Shown: positions 37,619 to 49,721 of the stretch, in pieces | How positions within the stretch are numbered: position 1 is the first letter of the stretch | Layout of the letters: every line of letters begins with the position of its first letter | Assembly: GCF_001194135.2 (NCBI RefSeq) | Contig: NC_068981.1 | Location: 9,689,462 to 9,753,461 of the forward strand | DNA length: 64,000 nucleotides | Origin: Octopus bimaculoides | Taxonomy: Eukaryota | Direction: 5' to 3' | Program-made: the position numbers and the translations under genes | Notes under the pieces: generated by a model | Databases searched by the model: none | Told to the model about the DNA's origin: nothing | What the model saw: only the letters and a program-made list of their open reading frames with translations

Positions 37619-37829
37619 TTCTAGTATAGTCACAAGGCATGAAACATTGGTGGAGGGGACTAGTCGATTACATCGACCCCCAGCGGTAACTGGTACTTAT
37701 TTCATCGACCCCGAAAGGAGGAAAGGTAAAATCGACCTCGGCGGAATTTAAACTCAGAACGTAAAGACGGACGAAATGCTGCTAAGCATATTGCCCGGCG
37801 TGCTAACGATTCTGCCAGCTCACCACCTT
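37619..37829 (-). mobile_element. SINE family A, full length
   Basis: Core match; TCACATTTAAT on both flanks is a possible TSD. Confidence 0.9.
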
Positions 37830-38175
37830 TCAATCACATTTAATAATAATGTTTTTTCAAAGTTACTTTAAAAGTAGCACAATAGCTTATTACTTTGATT
37901 TCGAGTAAAGATGAATCAAGCTTCTCTGTCCAAGCGTATCAGGACAATTATCCTCCATAGGACAATTCCTCCCCGACGACAACTACCCCCTAGGAAAGTC
38001 ACTCCACTTCCAGGTTAATCACTCCCTCTCTAATATATTTAGAAGTTTCAAATCATCATCTGTTGTCCTTGGGGGGTAAATGTCTTACACTCCTGTCCCA
38101 GATATCAACGGTGAATATTCAAGATCAATATTCAAACTTATAGATAAATGACTTATCAATATTATCAAACACACT

Positions 38176-38539
38176 GCGAGATGCTTAGCGGCATTTCGTC
38201 TATCTTTGTTATGAGTTCAAATTCCACTGGCGTTCATTTTGCCTTTCATCCTTTCGTAGTCGATAAAACAATTACTAGTTGCTGACCTTGTGCCAAAATT
38301 TGAAATCAGTGTTATCATATACCCTAAAGCGGTGTGCTGGCAGATTCGTTAACGGGCCAGGAAAAATGCTTAACCGCATTTCTTCCGACTTCATGTTTTG
38401 AGTTGAAATATCGCTGGGATCGACTTTGCTTTTCATCGTTTCGGAGTCGATAATATAAATACCATTTGAGCACTGGGGTTGATGAATTACTTATCTGATT
38501 TCCTGAAATTGCTGCCCTTGTAACAGAATTTGAAACCAA
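38176..38539 (+). mobile_element. Two tandem diverged SINE family A copies (38176-38310 and 38328-38539)
   Basis: Both carry the CTTTCATC.TTTCG..GTCGATAA core and the TTTGAAA.CA tail. Confidence 0.75.
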
Positions 38540-40857
38540 TATTGTCAAATACACATTTGTTTAGTAATTGCGAAAGAATTGTCTTACATCTAACTTCCAG
38601 ACCTTACGAATCTTGAGGAAATTTACCTGAAATTCAGTTCCGAAAAGATGGCCAAACACGGTCAGATGATATAAATACCTTTATTGACCAAATATTTAAA
38701 TTATTAGTTATGGATTGCTCAATATAGGCAACGGCTGTATTATAGATCTATAATGTGTTTTTAATAACTTTATGAACAATACACAAAAATTTTTTAAAAT
38801 TTCAATATTTCAAAATATAGAATTTCTCACCCTTGTTTAGCTCAGTCACAAAACCTGGAAATAAACTCTTGAGAATATTATTTTAGAGATAGGATTGCAG
38901 TACTCGAAGCAAATGTAGCAGCATAGCGTAAAATCCGATCTAAAGTTAAAGTCTCTTTCACATACAGATAGCAAACCGTTAACTTTATTTGGGTATTCAA
39001 ACATTTGAAAGCAACGTTAATATCACCTAATAAAGCAGGCATTTTGTATATGAAAGTTTATCAAACTCCTTCAAAAGATTTGTCAATAAAATATAAAGTA
39101 ATGAGCCGTTTCGTCTTTCGTAATTTCCTCTATGCAGTGTAATATCTTACATATCATAAGTTATATTTATAGAAAACACCACTGCATCATTCTTTGTTTT
39201 AATCATTAAAAAAAAAAAAAGTTTTTGAATTTGTTTCCGTTTAATTTCATTGACCGTCCATATCCTATAACTCTCTTTAATATCTAATTCTATTTTCTCA
39301 TGATGTGTTTCTACATTTAATTAACTCTAAATGTTCTCCAACATTTGTCATCTTATTACTCGCATCACATACTTAATATTTACAGATATTTCAAAATAAA
39401 ATAATCATTTCTATCCTTTGCAATTTCATACTGTTTGATTTCTATCTTGATATTTACAATTTTCGGAAAAAAACTTGTTTAGAATGTACAATAGTTTTGG
39501 CATATTCCTGTAAGTGAAAGATTCTATAAAAGCCCTGTTTATAATTCAATACTTTGATGTGTTTTATCTTTTTGGCTTTCACGATTATTTTGTAAGTCTG
39601 TCAAATACATTTACATACAGTCGGAGATAACTGCCTGTACAGGAACACACACAGCTAGACTGCTGTACTAAAACCGAGATAAATATATGGACACACCGCC
39701 ACACACATGTACACAAGCATGTTATGTAACCATACGTTATATACAATACAATGAGCAAACAACAAATTAAATGTGATATAGAAAACGAACATAAAAGATA
39801 GAAAAACAATTGGAAAGTAGCGCTTACCATTTTATTATTATTCTTTTAGCTTTCTAAGTACAAAACATTTATTATTGTTAGCCATTTCAGAAAAAGATAA
39901 GATTTACGATGGATTTACTGTGCTGGTGTCTTTTGTTCTTTGACAAACGAGATATTAAACTTTCTTTATCTTATACATAAAACAGCGCCGAGGCAAGAAA
40001 ACAAGTTTTCCTTCTGAATAGATAAGCCGTTTCTTGACTATTAACTAGTCTCTATAGGATTTCTTTAGTCAAGGTTCGTTGAGCAGCACGTTTTCATAGA
40101 CAGATTCATTTAAACCATGTGAAGAAATACTTGTAATTTGATTAAACTCTCTAGCTATTTTCCAATAAATGTTTTAAAGTTCGAATAAAATTATAAATTT
40201 GTTATCAGATTAAAGTTCATTTCATTTACTAATTCTCAGTCTCTCCCGTCGTTTAGGTCGAACTAGTATGCAAGACACTGCCAAAAAATATGATACTGAG
40301 AAAAAAATTTATTGCTATATATTATGTTCATTTTGTATTTTTGCAACCTTCCTTCTGGACGCCGTTGATAATACCTGTCTTCTTATTCATCTGAGAGTCA
40401 TCCTTTCCAATTAAAAAAAATTGGCCCATGCAGCTCACGCGGTGTTTCATGAATAACATAATGCAGATTCTTTTTTTCTTGCTCGCTTACTTTATTTTGC
40501 CGTAATTTTACTTATCTCCTTAAACAATGTTAGTGGATTAGTTTAATGGGCAGATGTATTTTATGTATTTGTCTTCCGGGTTTCCTTCTTATAAGCTCAG
40601 ACTAGAAACCCTAATGACATGTTGAAATTGATCTTTGTAAAATAGTGAGGATTAAATTACAGATAGTGATTTTAACGTTAACGATGTCTTATGATTTCTT
40701 GTATACAGATGTGTGCATCACTTTACAGAATGCTTAATAGTGAATCATATGATACCCTCAAAAATTATGTGAAATGTTTTTCTCCCCTTTTCCTTGTGAG
40801 ATTGGCCAATCTTTGCCACGGAATTGCTAAGTTGCTGCATATTCTTGCATACTGATA

Positions 40858-41070
40858 TTCTTTTCTATTCTAGGCACAAGGCCTGAAATTTTGGGAGAGA
40901 GGGCCAGTCGATTAGATCAACCACAGTACGTAACTGATACTTAATTTATCGACTCCGAAAGGATGAAAGGCAAAGTCGACCTCGGCGGAATTTAAACTCA
41001 GAACGTAGCGGCAGACGAAATACTGCTAAGCGTTTCGTCCGGCGTGCAATGTTTCTGCCATCTCGCTGCA
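40858..41070 (-). mobile_element. SINE family A, full length
   Basis: Core and head match. Confidence 0.9.
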
Positions 41071-41290
41071 TTTTCTGGCAGGCTGATATCTATACGCAAT
41101 GGTAAATAGAAACTATCACATATAGTCTACTAGTTTCCGTTAAAGCAACCGTTTAAAGTCAATTCAGTTGCAAGAAAAGTTGGTTCAAGTCTTGCACAGA
41201 TTGCAAAGGTGGACTGTTCCTTTCTTGCTTTTTTTCCCATTTAAAACTGAAATAGAATAAAACATTTCGAGTTGTTGAAATTATGTTAAT

Positions 41291-41500
41291 ACAGGTGCAA
41301 GCATGATTCTGGGGTTAAGGCAAGTGTATTCTACTATTGCCCTAGTTAGACCAATGTCTTAAGTGAATTTGGTAGGTGGAAACTGTGTGGAAGCCCGACG
41401 TGCCGCGTATGTGTGTGTGTTTATATATATATATATATATATGATCACATGACCGACCAGGCTATCGGATGCGACACATCGCAGGTCACAATGCATTTTT
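41291..41500 (+). mobile_element. Family B-related SINE with a different 3' body (GATCACATGACCGACCAGGCTATC...)
   Basis: GGCAAGTGTATTCTACTAT and GGAAACTG...GAAGCCCG segments shared with family B, then (TA)n and a distinct tail. Confidence 0.6.
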
Positions 41501-41510
41501 ATATCTATAT

Positions 41511-41544
<34 letters not shown>

Positions 41545-42022
41545 AACATATGAGATCCAGCGGTTCTCAATATATAAAACACTAAGTGGCACTTAAATGA
41601 TTTGAATTTACACTCCGAGATCCTTACCACTACACCTTGCCTTACACTTCATCGCTTCTACCTTTAGATTTCCCAGGATCGTGATGTGAATTGTGAGATT
41701 TTTATCTCTCCATCCTGAGAACAGAAGTGGGATCTCTTCAATGTTAATTTGCTTCCATTACTGGAAGTGTATTCTGGTGAACTACGAAGTAACTCTGAAC
41801 CCCTAGAAACAGCTGTCGGAGTTGCAACACCATACCCACTCCCCTTTGTACTCCGTGTAAATTTAATCTCTTAATATATATATATCTATACATTTATAGT
41901 TGAATAGTCATCGTCTGAAAATGTTGAGTCTTTCTTTCTCTCCATTCACATATATACATGCACAATATATATATTTTGTATATCAAATCCAAGCAGCAGC
42001 TTTATTTGTATACTTGCATAAT

Positions 42023-42390
42023 TCTCTCTCTCTTACACACATACTCTCTCACACACACTCTCTCACACACACACTCTCTCTCTCATACACTCACTTTCTC
42101 TCTCACTCACTCTCTCTCTCACACTCTCTCTCACACTCTCTCTCACACTCTCTCTCACACTCTCTCTCACACTCTCTCTCCCCCACACACACTCTCTCTC
42201 AAACACACTCTCTCTCTCACACACTCTCCCTCTCACACACACACACTCTCTCTCTCTCACTCTCTCGCCATATNNNNNNNNNNNNNNNNNNNNNNNNNNN
42301 NNNNNNNNNNNNNNNNNNNNNNNNNNNNNNNNNNNNNNNNNNNNNNNNNNNNNNNNNNNNNNNNNNNNNNNNNNNNNNNNNNNNNNNNNN

Positions 42391-42441
<51 letters not shown>

Positions 42442-42460
42442 CACACACACACACACACAC
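42023..42460. repeat. Compound (TC)/(CA)/(TCTCTCAC) low-complexity tract, N-gap 42274-42390, then (AT)n/(CA)n
   Basis: Direct reading; this tract explains the 248-aa and 202-aa pseudo-ORFs. Confidence 0.95.
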
Positions 42461-42464
42461 ATTT

Positions 42465-42648
42465 TGTGTATCTGGTTGCCAACCACATCCGGTACTGGTT
42501 TGTTTACACGTCCCCATAACTGTTCGGCAAAAGAGAACAAATACCAGATTAAAAAATATAATTTAAGTATTAGGGTTGATTTGACTGAAGCTCTTTCAGG
42601 CGTGCCCCAGCATAGGTGCAGTGTAATGACTGAAATAAGAAGATAAAA
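42465..42648 (+). mobile_element. SINE family B, 3' body, diverged
   Basis: GTTCGGCAAAAGAG...GGGTTGATTTGACT...AATGACTGAAATAAG. Confidence 0.65.
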
Positions 42649-43071
42649 TACGATGTAGCGAGATTGTGTCATTCAATTTTACTCCATACGATTCGTTTGT
42701 GTAGCTAAAAAACAGTCAAGGCGGTACTCCAGCATTGCCTTGACTGTGTTGGCTTAAACAAATAAAAAAAACAAACTATAGGACATTTCACACTCTGTAA
42801 GTCTGAGGACTTAAGCCTATTTAAAAATCAATATAAATCGATGTGAAAAAAATCAATATCAATCGAAATGAAAAAGCTACTGAAGATTTTTTATATTTTT
42901 ATAATGGCGCACTAATCAATGTTTCCCAGATATCAGGTTTATCGCGTACACGGGACAATAATTTGATAAATGTAAGGACATACAAAGGTGTGTTAGTTAC
43001 TATCATAGTATGGTTTATTTGTATTTACTTATAAAACAGGAATAATGCCCCAAAGGTATTAATCAATCTTT

Positions 43072-43086
43072 CTCCCCCTCTCTCTC

Positions 43087-43121
<35 letters not shown>

Positions 43122-43320
43122 CTCTTTCTCTCTTTCTCTCTTTCTCTCTCTCTCTCTCCCTCTCTCTCTCCCTCTCTCCCTCTCTCTCTCCCTCTCTCTC
43201 TCCCCCTCTCCCCCCTCTCTCTCTCTATATATATACATATGTTCACATATACATATATATATATGTATATATATATACATACACACATACATACTCGTGC
43301 ACGCGCAACACACACACACC
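43072..43320. repeat. Compound (TC)n/(TA)n/(CA)n low-complexity tract
   Basis: Direct reading. Confidence 0.95.
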
Positions 43321-43438
43321 ACATATATAACATGAATGTCAGAGCGCTTACAAATACATATTCATTCACCTTTTACGCTAATAATTGGATTACGGATTAT
43401 TTACGCAAACACTTAAGTCATAATTTATTACAATGAAA

Positions 43439-43632
43439 AGCGATGCGCGAGCAGAATCGTTAGCACGCCGGACAAAATGCTAAGAGACATTTTGTACGTA
43501 GTTATGTTCTGAGTTCAAATTTCACCGGGATCGGCTTTGCCTTTCACCGAGATCGGATTTGGGGTTCGATAAAATATAATCGACTCACCCACCGCCTCAA
43601 AATTACTGCCCTTGTGCCAAACTTGGAAACCA
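43439..43632 (+). mobile_element. SINE family A, diverged
   Basis: GCAGAATCGTTAGCACGCCGG head and CCTTGTGCCAAACTTGGAAACC tail. Confidence 0.8.
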
Positions 43633-43725
43633 TTACTTACTAAAATGAAATAAGTTGTAATAGAAATCATATAACAGAGGATCATAAGTGGTTGTTTTAT
43701 GTTTCGTGTTTCGGATCTCGCCCAT

Positions 43726-43990
43726 GTTGTTGCTTGTTCCTTCTCGAGCCATGCCTGGCTCACAAGGGCCGGTTTCCCGGTTTCATTGGCGTATAGGTTT
43801 TACCACCTGGACGTAAGCTGCTAGATGAAAGAGTGAGGAAGTTGTGGTGAAAGAATCCGCAGAAGTTCGCCATTACCTTCTGCCGGAGCCGCGTGGAGCT
43901 GAGGTGTTTCGCTCATAAACACACACATCGCCCGGTCTGAGATTCGATCTCTCGACCGCAAGTCCGCTGCTCTAAACACTGGATCTCGGC
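43726..43990 (-). mobile_element. Third tRNA-headed SINE family (single copy in this window)
   Basis: The minus strand begins with a tRNA-like head (CCAGTGTTTAGAGCAGCGGACTTGCGGTC...TCGAATCTCAGACC), followed by a GC-rich body and an (AAC)-type tail. Confidence 0.55.
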
Positions 43991-44302
43991 ATAACCAATG
44001 TTAACTCTCTTTTCTGCTTAAAAAACCCACAGATTCAGATATATTTTGGGTGAAGTGAAAACTTTTGCTTCTTTTTTGCTACTTTTGCTTAAAGAGATTG
44101 ACAAGAAATTTACCTGACATAAATTAAATTCTGTGGTTGATTTGTTCCATTAAAACTTTGAAGGTGATGCCCTCACTTGGCATCGTCCTAACATCTGCAA
44201 ATCAATGTCGTAAAATGAAGTAGATGGAGTTAGAAGTTTAGCGACTTGTATTTCTGCGTAGGAACGACCAGCACAAGATGTTTGGCGGTGGAAAGTAGTT
44301 TG

Positions 44303-44662
44303 GTGGACATAGGCATGGCTGTTTGGTTAAGAAGTTCGATTTGCAACCACCTGGTTTCGGATTCAGTTACACTGCGCAACACCTTCGATGAGTGCCTCAG
44401 GCCGATAAATGATTTCTGAGTGAATTTGGTGGACGGAAACTACGTGGAAACCCGTTATGTGCGTGTGTGTGTATGTATGTACCTCTTTGTTGTCCTCCAT
44501 AACGCTTGAAAGCCGATGCTGGTTTGTTTACGTTCTTGTAATTTAGTAAAGAACGCAATACAATAAGTACCAGATTTAAAGATAATAATTACCTGACTAA
44601 ACTCAAGGCGGCGCCTCAGCATGGCCGCAGTCCTATTATTGAAACAAGTAAAAGATAAAAGA
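44303..44662 (+). mobile_element. SINE family B, diverged
   Basis: Head, internal (TG), and tail GCATGGCCGCAGTC...GAAACAAGTAAAAG. Confidence 0.8.
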
Positions 44663-47600
44663 TACAGTTTATTCATGATATATAAAGTTTTATGATGACA
44701 TCAGTCTAAAATGTAAGTGTTATTATAAAATATTATATCGTAGGCAAAGATTATATATAATCGTAAGTACACCCTTATTACCATTTCAAATATGCATGTG
44801 GCATATTCGAGTCGTCAAGAAAGCTACCCGCTGTATTTTGTCATAGAAGAAATTTCTCGCTGTAGATAAATGCGTGTAAATACACTGAGTCAGCTCTGAG
44901 CGCAATAAAATGTGAACCATGGAGGCGCTGCGAACTGACTGGGTGTATTTATACCTATTTGTCTTCAGCGAGAACTTTTCTCCATGACAAAATACAGTGA
45001 ATACATATTCTTACGGGCTCGAATATACCTCAAGCTTATTTGAACTGGTAGAGTTTGTACTTATCCTGTATATAATGATGATGCTGGTCCAACTTAAGCA
45101 TACAACCAGATTGATTAGTACGTTTTTATCGACTCTGGGTGGATGTAAAGTAAAGTTGAACCAAGAATGTGAAGGACGTGATCTCAAGGGTTCTTTTCAT
45201 TCCTTGTCTACTGATTCTTCCGAAAGAGAGTTGAAATAAAAATTAAAAAGGATTTGGTTGGTGGGGCTCTTGTCAAAGGATGGCACGAAGCCTTGTTATC
45301 TGCTGCAGTCGCCTGCTACGTTTTCCTAGCAAGATCGATATGCTATTTCCTACAAAAAATCGGTTTGCAACCCAAATATTAAAGAAAACCACCAAGGAGA
45401 TCGTCATAACAAGTGAAACTTGTTCAATATGGTTTTGGTTGACAAGAAATCAAAGAGGAACTCTTCTGCGGGCATGATGTAATCTAGTTCCCGCTGCCCT
45501 ATTCAGAAGCGCGCAGGTTAAAGGGCGAAAAAAGTGTGATTCTGACGCACTTCCTGAAGATGTGGACAGGTTTTCAAAATTGCGATAGCTTTTGTCGTCA
45601 TCAGAGGAGGTTGATATATCTATAAATAGCTTCAGCAGTTTATGTGTAGGGCAAAGTATCTGAAATGTTTATTTAATTGTCAATGGATGCGCAAGAGAAT
45701 GATGATTTTTATAATTTGTCAAATTGTCTCTATCTTCATGCTAAATTAGTAACTGGTTAAGCTGAAACAATTTAAAGAATTTAAAAAAAATTCAATGCTA
45801 TAATGCTGTTGTAACGTGTGCGAAAACCTAATCTGCAGACAACAGGCGAAAATCCTTGAGTTTTGCCATTAAGAATATTTCAGGAACACATGTTCCAAAA
45901 TGTGATTCGAACATACAAGTCTCACTTAAGAATTGAGCAAGATAGAGTAAATGAGCAAACTTTTCAAGGTCTTCTTATACAATTCTTTTGTCCGGGTAAA
46001 CGCTAAGCTACCACACGCTCCACGTGCCATTGATTTTCGCGGAGAAAGGGAAAAGCTTTTACTTTTGGCTTTTTCAAAACCCTTCAGATATATCCTATAC
46101 CAAGTAAAATGGTCCTATCTAGAAAGAAAACTTTGATATATGTTGCGGATAAGTTCCTTGTAGCAATTCGTACAAATAATAATTCATCACAGAACTATTA
46201 TATTGGTATATGGTAAGTAGGAATAGCTGATTGCATTGCAAACTGAAGTGTTTTTATTTAAAGAAGACAAGTAATAGAAATGCTATATAAACTAACATAC
46301 CACTTCCGTTCATCGTTTTTATGATCATTTGTGTATTACATAAATATTTTCCAAATTATTCAATCTATGATTATCATCACAATTCATTTATAACGAAAGC
46401 GAAACGTTTGGCATGCATCACGTGTCGAAATATGATGCAACCGAAAACCAACCGATATTGCTTGACTTGAGAAAGAACGGGGAGAAAATTTTACGAATAA
46501 GCATATTATTTGTACCGTTAAGAATATAGTGTCGATAATAATAGTATTTAAGCATTGAATAAATAATTATGTGTAAAAGAATGAATGAAGCTCTTAAATG
46601 TTGCCATTAACTATTTATTTTACCTTCATTCGCACGAAATATATTATATTTATTTCAAGCTGCAGCTGGTAAATCTGTTTCTCTTCCCATAAAGTAAGAG
46701 TTTTCTCATACGTTTACAAAACAGCGAATATAAAGGTAAAAATAATTCAGGGACAAACTTCAAACACTCCCATTTATTTTTCTCATTGACATCTAATTTC
46801 AGGATAAAGCATACTGCAAAAATCGAAATAAACTGTCCTTTTGAACACATGATCAAATGCAAAGAGGGTTTGTTTGTTTTTTATTTTTTTTTTTAGCTTT
46901 TTTTTTTAGCAATCCTGGAAAGCTGTTTACATTGTTGTCATTGGTGATTTATTGATCTTCTCCCTGAGTAAAAGAGAAACCAGATAAAATAGAAGTAAAC
47001 ACTCTGTCGCCCTTTGCAATCACTGAAAAAGTGACGTCAAAAAGACAACAACAATAATTATCTGTCATCCTATTTTTAAACTACTCCCACACTGACTTCT
47101 AACGTTACTGAATCACTAAGAATCCATCTTTATTCGAAAAATATAAACTAAATAACTAATTCCTCTCATTCAGAGACCTCAGTAACATGGAGCATTTAAC
47201 TGTTCGTTTTGTATTCTAATTAACTGTTATACTACTATCCTTGTAGGAAAGGGACGAAATCGTTGACAGCAATATTTCTTTAAGGTTTGTCCTTTTTCGT
47301 ATTGATTTCTAGATTTAGAAAGATTTTTTAATTTTTTGTTTGTTCCTAAGCTGGTAACATGATTTTTGTAACATAAAGCATCATCTTATATAATAGTGGA
47401 AGGGAACACAATAAACCCTTTAAAGTGCAGTTGTCTACTATTAAACAAGTAATTTATGAATTAAACATAGAGAAATGTCTAAGTTTTATTGTTCTTCATA
47501 TTATCACTTATGCTCAAGAATGGTTTCAAACCACTTTGAGAAAATGGGTTTATTATTGAAGTAATACAAACAAACAAACAGAAAATGACTGGTTTGTAAT

Positions 47601-47794
47601 TACTTCCGGAACGGATAGCTTAGTACATGTTTACTAAAAACAGTCTCTTTAGAAGTAATCCAACACTGCGATTTGCAAGATAACCTCGTTAGTGGTGGGG
47701 TGGGGTAAGAAGTTAGAGTTAATGAGAATCCTGATACTATAGCCAATTTCGACGCCGTTGTTGTTTGACTCACCTTAGCTTCAGACAGAGCATG

Positions 47795-48006
47795 ATGGTT
47801 TCAAATGTTGGCACAGGGCCAACGATTTTAACGGAGGGAATAAGTCGATTATATTTTTAGCGGAATAAACAAGTACTCAACTGGTACTTATTTTAAGGAC
47901 GCCGAAAGGATGAAGGGCGGAATTTGCACTTTGAACGTAATGAGTCGGAAGAAATATCGTAAAGCATGTTATCAATTCTCTGACGGTTCTGCAAACTTGC
48001 TGCCTT
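47795..48006 (-). mobile_element. SINE family A, diverged
   Basis: Core CCGAAAGGATGAAGG; tail TGGTTTCAAATGTTGGCAC. Confidence 0.75.
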
Positions 48007-49466
48007 CTTCCGAACAAGCATAATAATGAGCGAAAATGCTAGAGCCATGAACATGCTTTCCTTCTTTTGAGATATAGTGTATCCAACACTTCATTAACTC
48101 TAAATCCTTCATCTCCTCAAAACAGTCGGATGTGATTTAGAAGAGATTCGGCTTCTATTTCCGATGAGTCACGCACTATCTCACGGCAGAAATGTTTCGA
48201 CTGTCTTAAAACATGTTTTTCCTAAACTGTCCTTTAAAAGTAATCCCTTATTCATAACCACTTCTATTCCAGTATACAATTTAGTCAGCGATAGAGATGT
48301 CCGTTTATCTTAAATCCCCGCTTTACAGAATTTTTCTAGCAAGTAGATCAAGGATTCTTCATGGTTTACGAACATGTTAACTAATATTTCTTTGTTGCTG
48401 TTTAGACAAAGGTTACTTCGGATCTGGCAGATTTGCATTCAAATATATTCTAATCATAACCATCTCATCTTGTTTACAGGAGCTTTTTTGTGCATTTGGG
48501 ATTAAGTTATCTGATATGTCTTTAGTGTAACCTTCCCCTTTTAAGGCTGTAGGGTGTGATTTGAACATTTGACTACTATTTATAGCAGGTCGAGTAACAA
48601 CGAGCGCGATCTCTCTGGAGCGCATTATCTGCTTGGAACTATGCAAGTATACTGGTATTTAAATATACACCCCTAAGGAATCATATATGACCATTCTTTC
48701 TTTTTCTTACGCTATTATCCAGAAACCTAATCCTTTGGTAAATATTTGAAAAGTTACTGCATTCCACAGTAAGACACTGAAGTGTCATATCTATTTTATT
48801 TCTTGAATATAGGGAACATAATAGCATATTTCCGTTTTGCTGATGTTGTCTCCAACCTTATAGTGATCTCCTCTCTAAGAGTTCTCCGAATGATTTCAGA
48901 AAGTTCGTTATGTTAAGTGCCATCAGAACCGTCATATACTTGCATATGTATCTGTGTGTGATTTTTGTTGAAATGAGATACCATCAAGATGGAAGCCAGG
49001 TAGCACATTTGGCTGTCTAGGAGCTTGCAGTAATTTCAAGCGTTGGTCTTAACCGACATTAAATATTTCTTGCTTCTTGAGCCGGTTACGTTGTCGGTCA
49101 CCGCAGAAATTTTTCGACTGCAAGTGCCTTTGTTGGTTATTCTATCGATCTACGTCATTCATTCATTCATTCGAGGTGCTTTTCATCAAGTGCGCGAGAT
49201 GATTTATACTTTCACAGCTCTCAGAGTGAGCCCTACTAGCTTATATACGACAGTTATAGCATGTTCGGAGACGGCAGTATACATGCTTTATCTATTCCTC
49301 GTCGTTCACAAAGAGGCCAAGATCGAAGAAATCGTCTGATACTACTAAATTATTTTGAAAAGAATATTTTTCTTTCGCTTAGAAGCTGATTTTACTTTGT
49401 TTTCACTCGGATAAATTTATCGGGAGTGTTTCTGTTATTTTAATTTCCTTTTTTATATGATATACA

Positions 49467-49721
49467 TTGGGTTGGTGCATAATTATCGCGGCTTTTATCA
49501 ACAAATTTTATTTAACAAAAGCAATAACAATATTTAACAAAAACATCTTTACATGACTGTCTGACCGCCTGCCAAGCAAATGGGAACAATAATTGAAGTA
49601 GATGGTGAATATGCTCCGGAATAATCATTTAAAGATGTCTTTGTTACATGTTGTTATTGTTTTTGTTGAATAAAATTTGTTTAAAAAAATAATAAGCCGC
49701 AATAATTATGCACCAACCCAA
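49467..49721 (+). mobile_element. Mariner-derived MITE (~255 bp) with long inverted arms and a central transposase C-terminal scrap
   Basis: TIR TTGGGTTGGTGCATAATTATCGCGGC / GCCGCAATAATTATGCACCAACCCAA followed by TA. The centre encodes RLPSKWE/(T)IIEVDGEYAPE*, cf. the mariner end LP.RW..V....G.Y. Confidence 0.85.

Noticed and set aside
41900-42672. Longest ORFs in the track (248, 202, 151 and 141 aa)
   Set aside because: They are translations of TC/CA/TA microsatellites and Ns, with no coding signal. The same applies to the HT-, CV-, YI- and ER-repeat ORFs at 0.4, 8.3, 25, 33.6, 35.1, 43.1 and 62.9 kb.
45240-45800. Possible piggyBac transposase C-terminal relic (KRAG, LPEDV.RF-like words)
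   Set aside because: The similarity is too fragmentary; no TIR, TTAA pair or Cys-rich tail could be confirmed.
47032-47039. CRE palindrome TGACGTCA (also 52180-52187) and a lone octamer at 56132-56139
   Set aside because: Isolated 8-mers occur at about chance frequency, and one lies in a SINE remnant.
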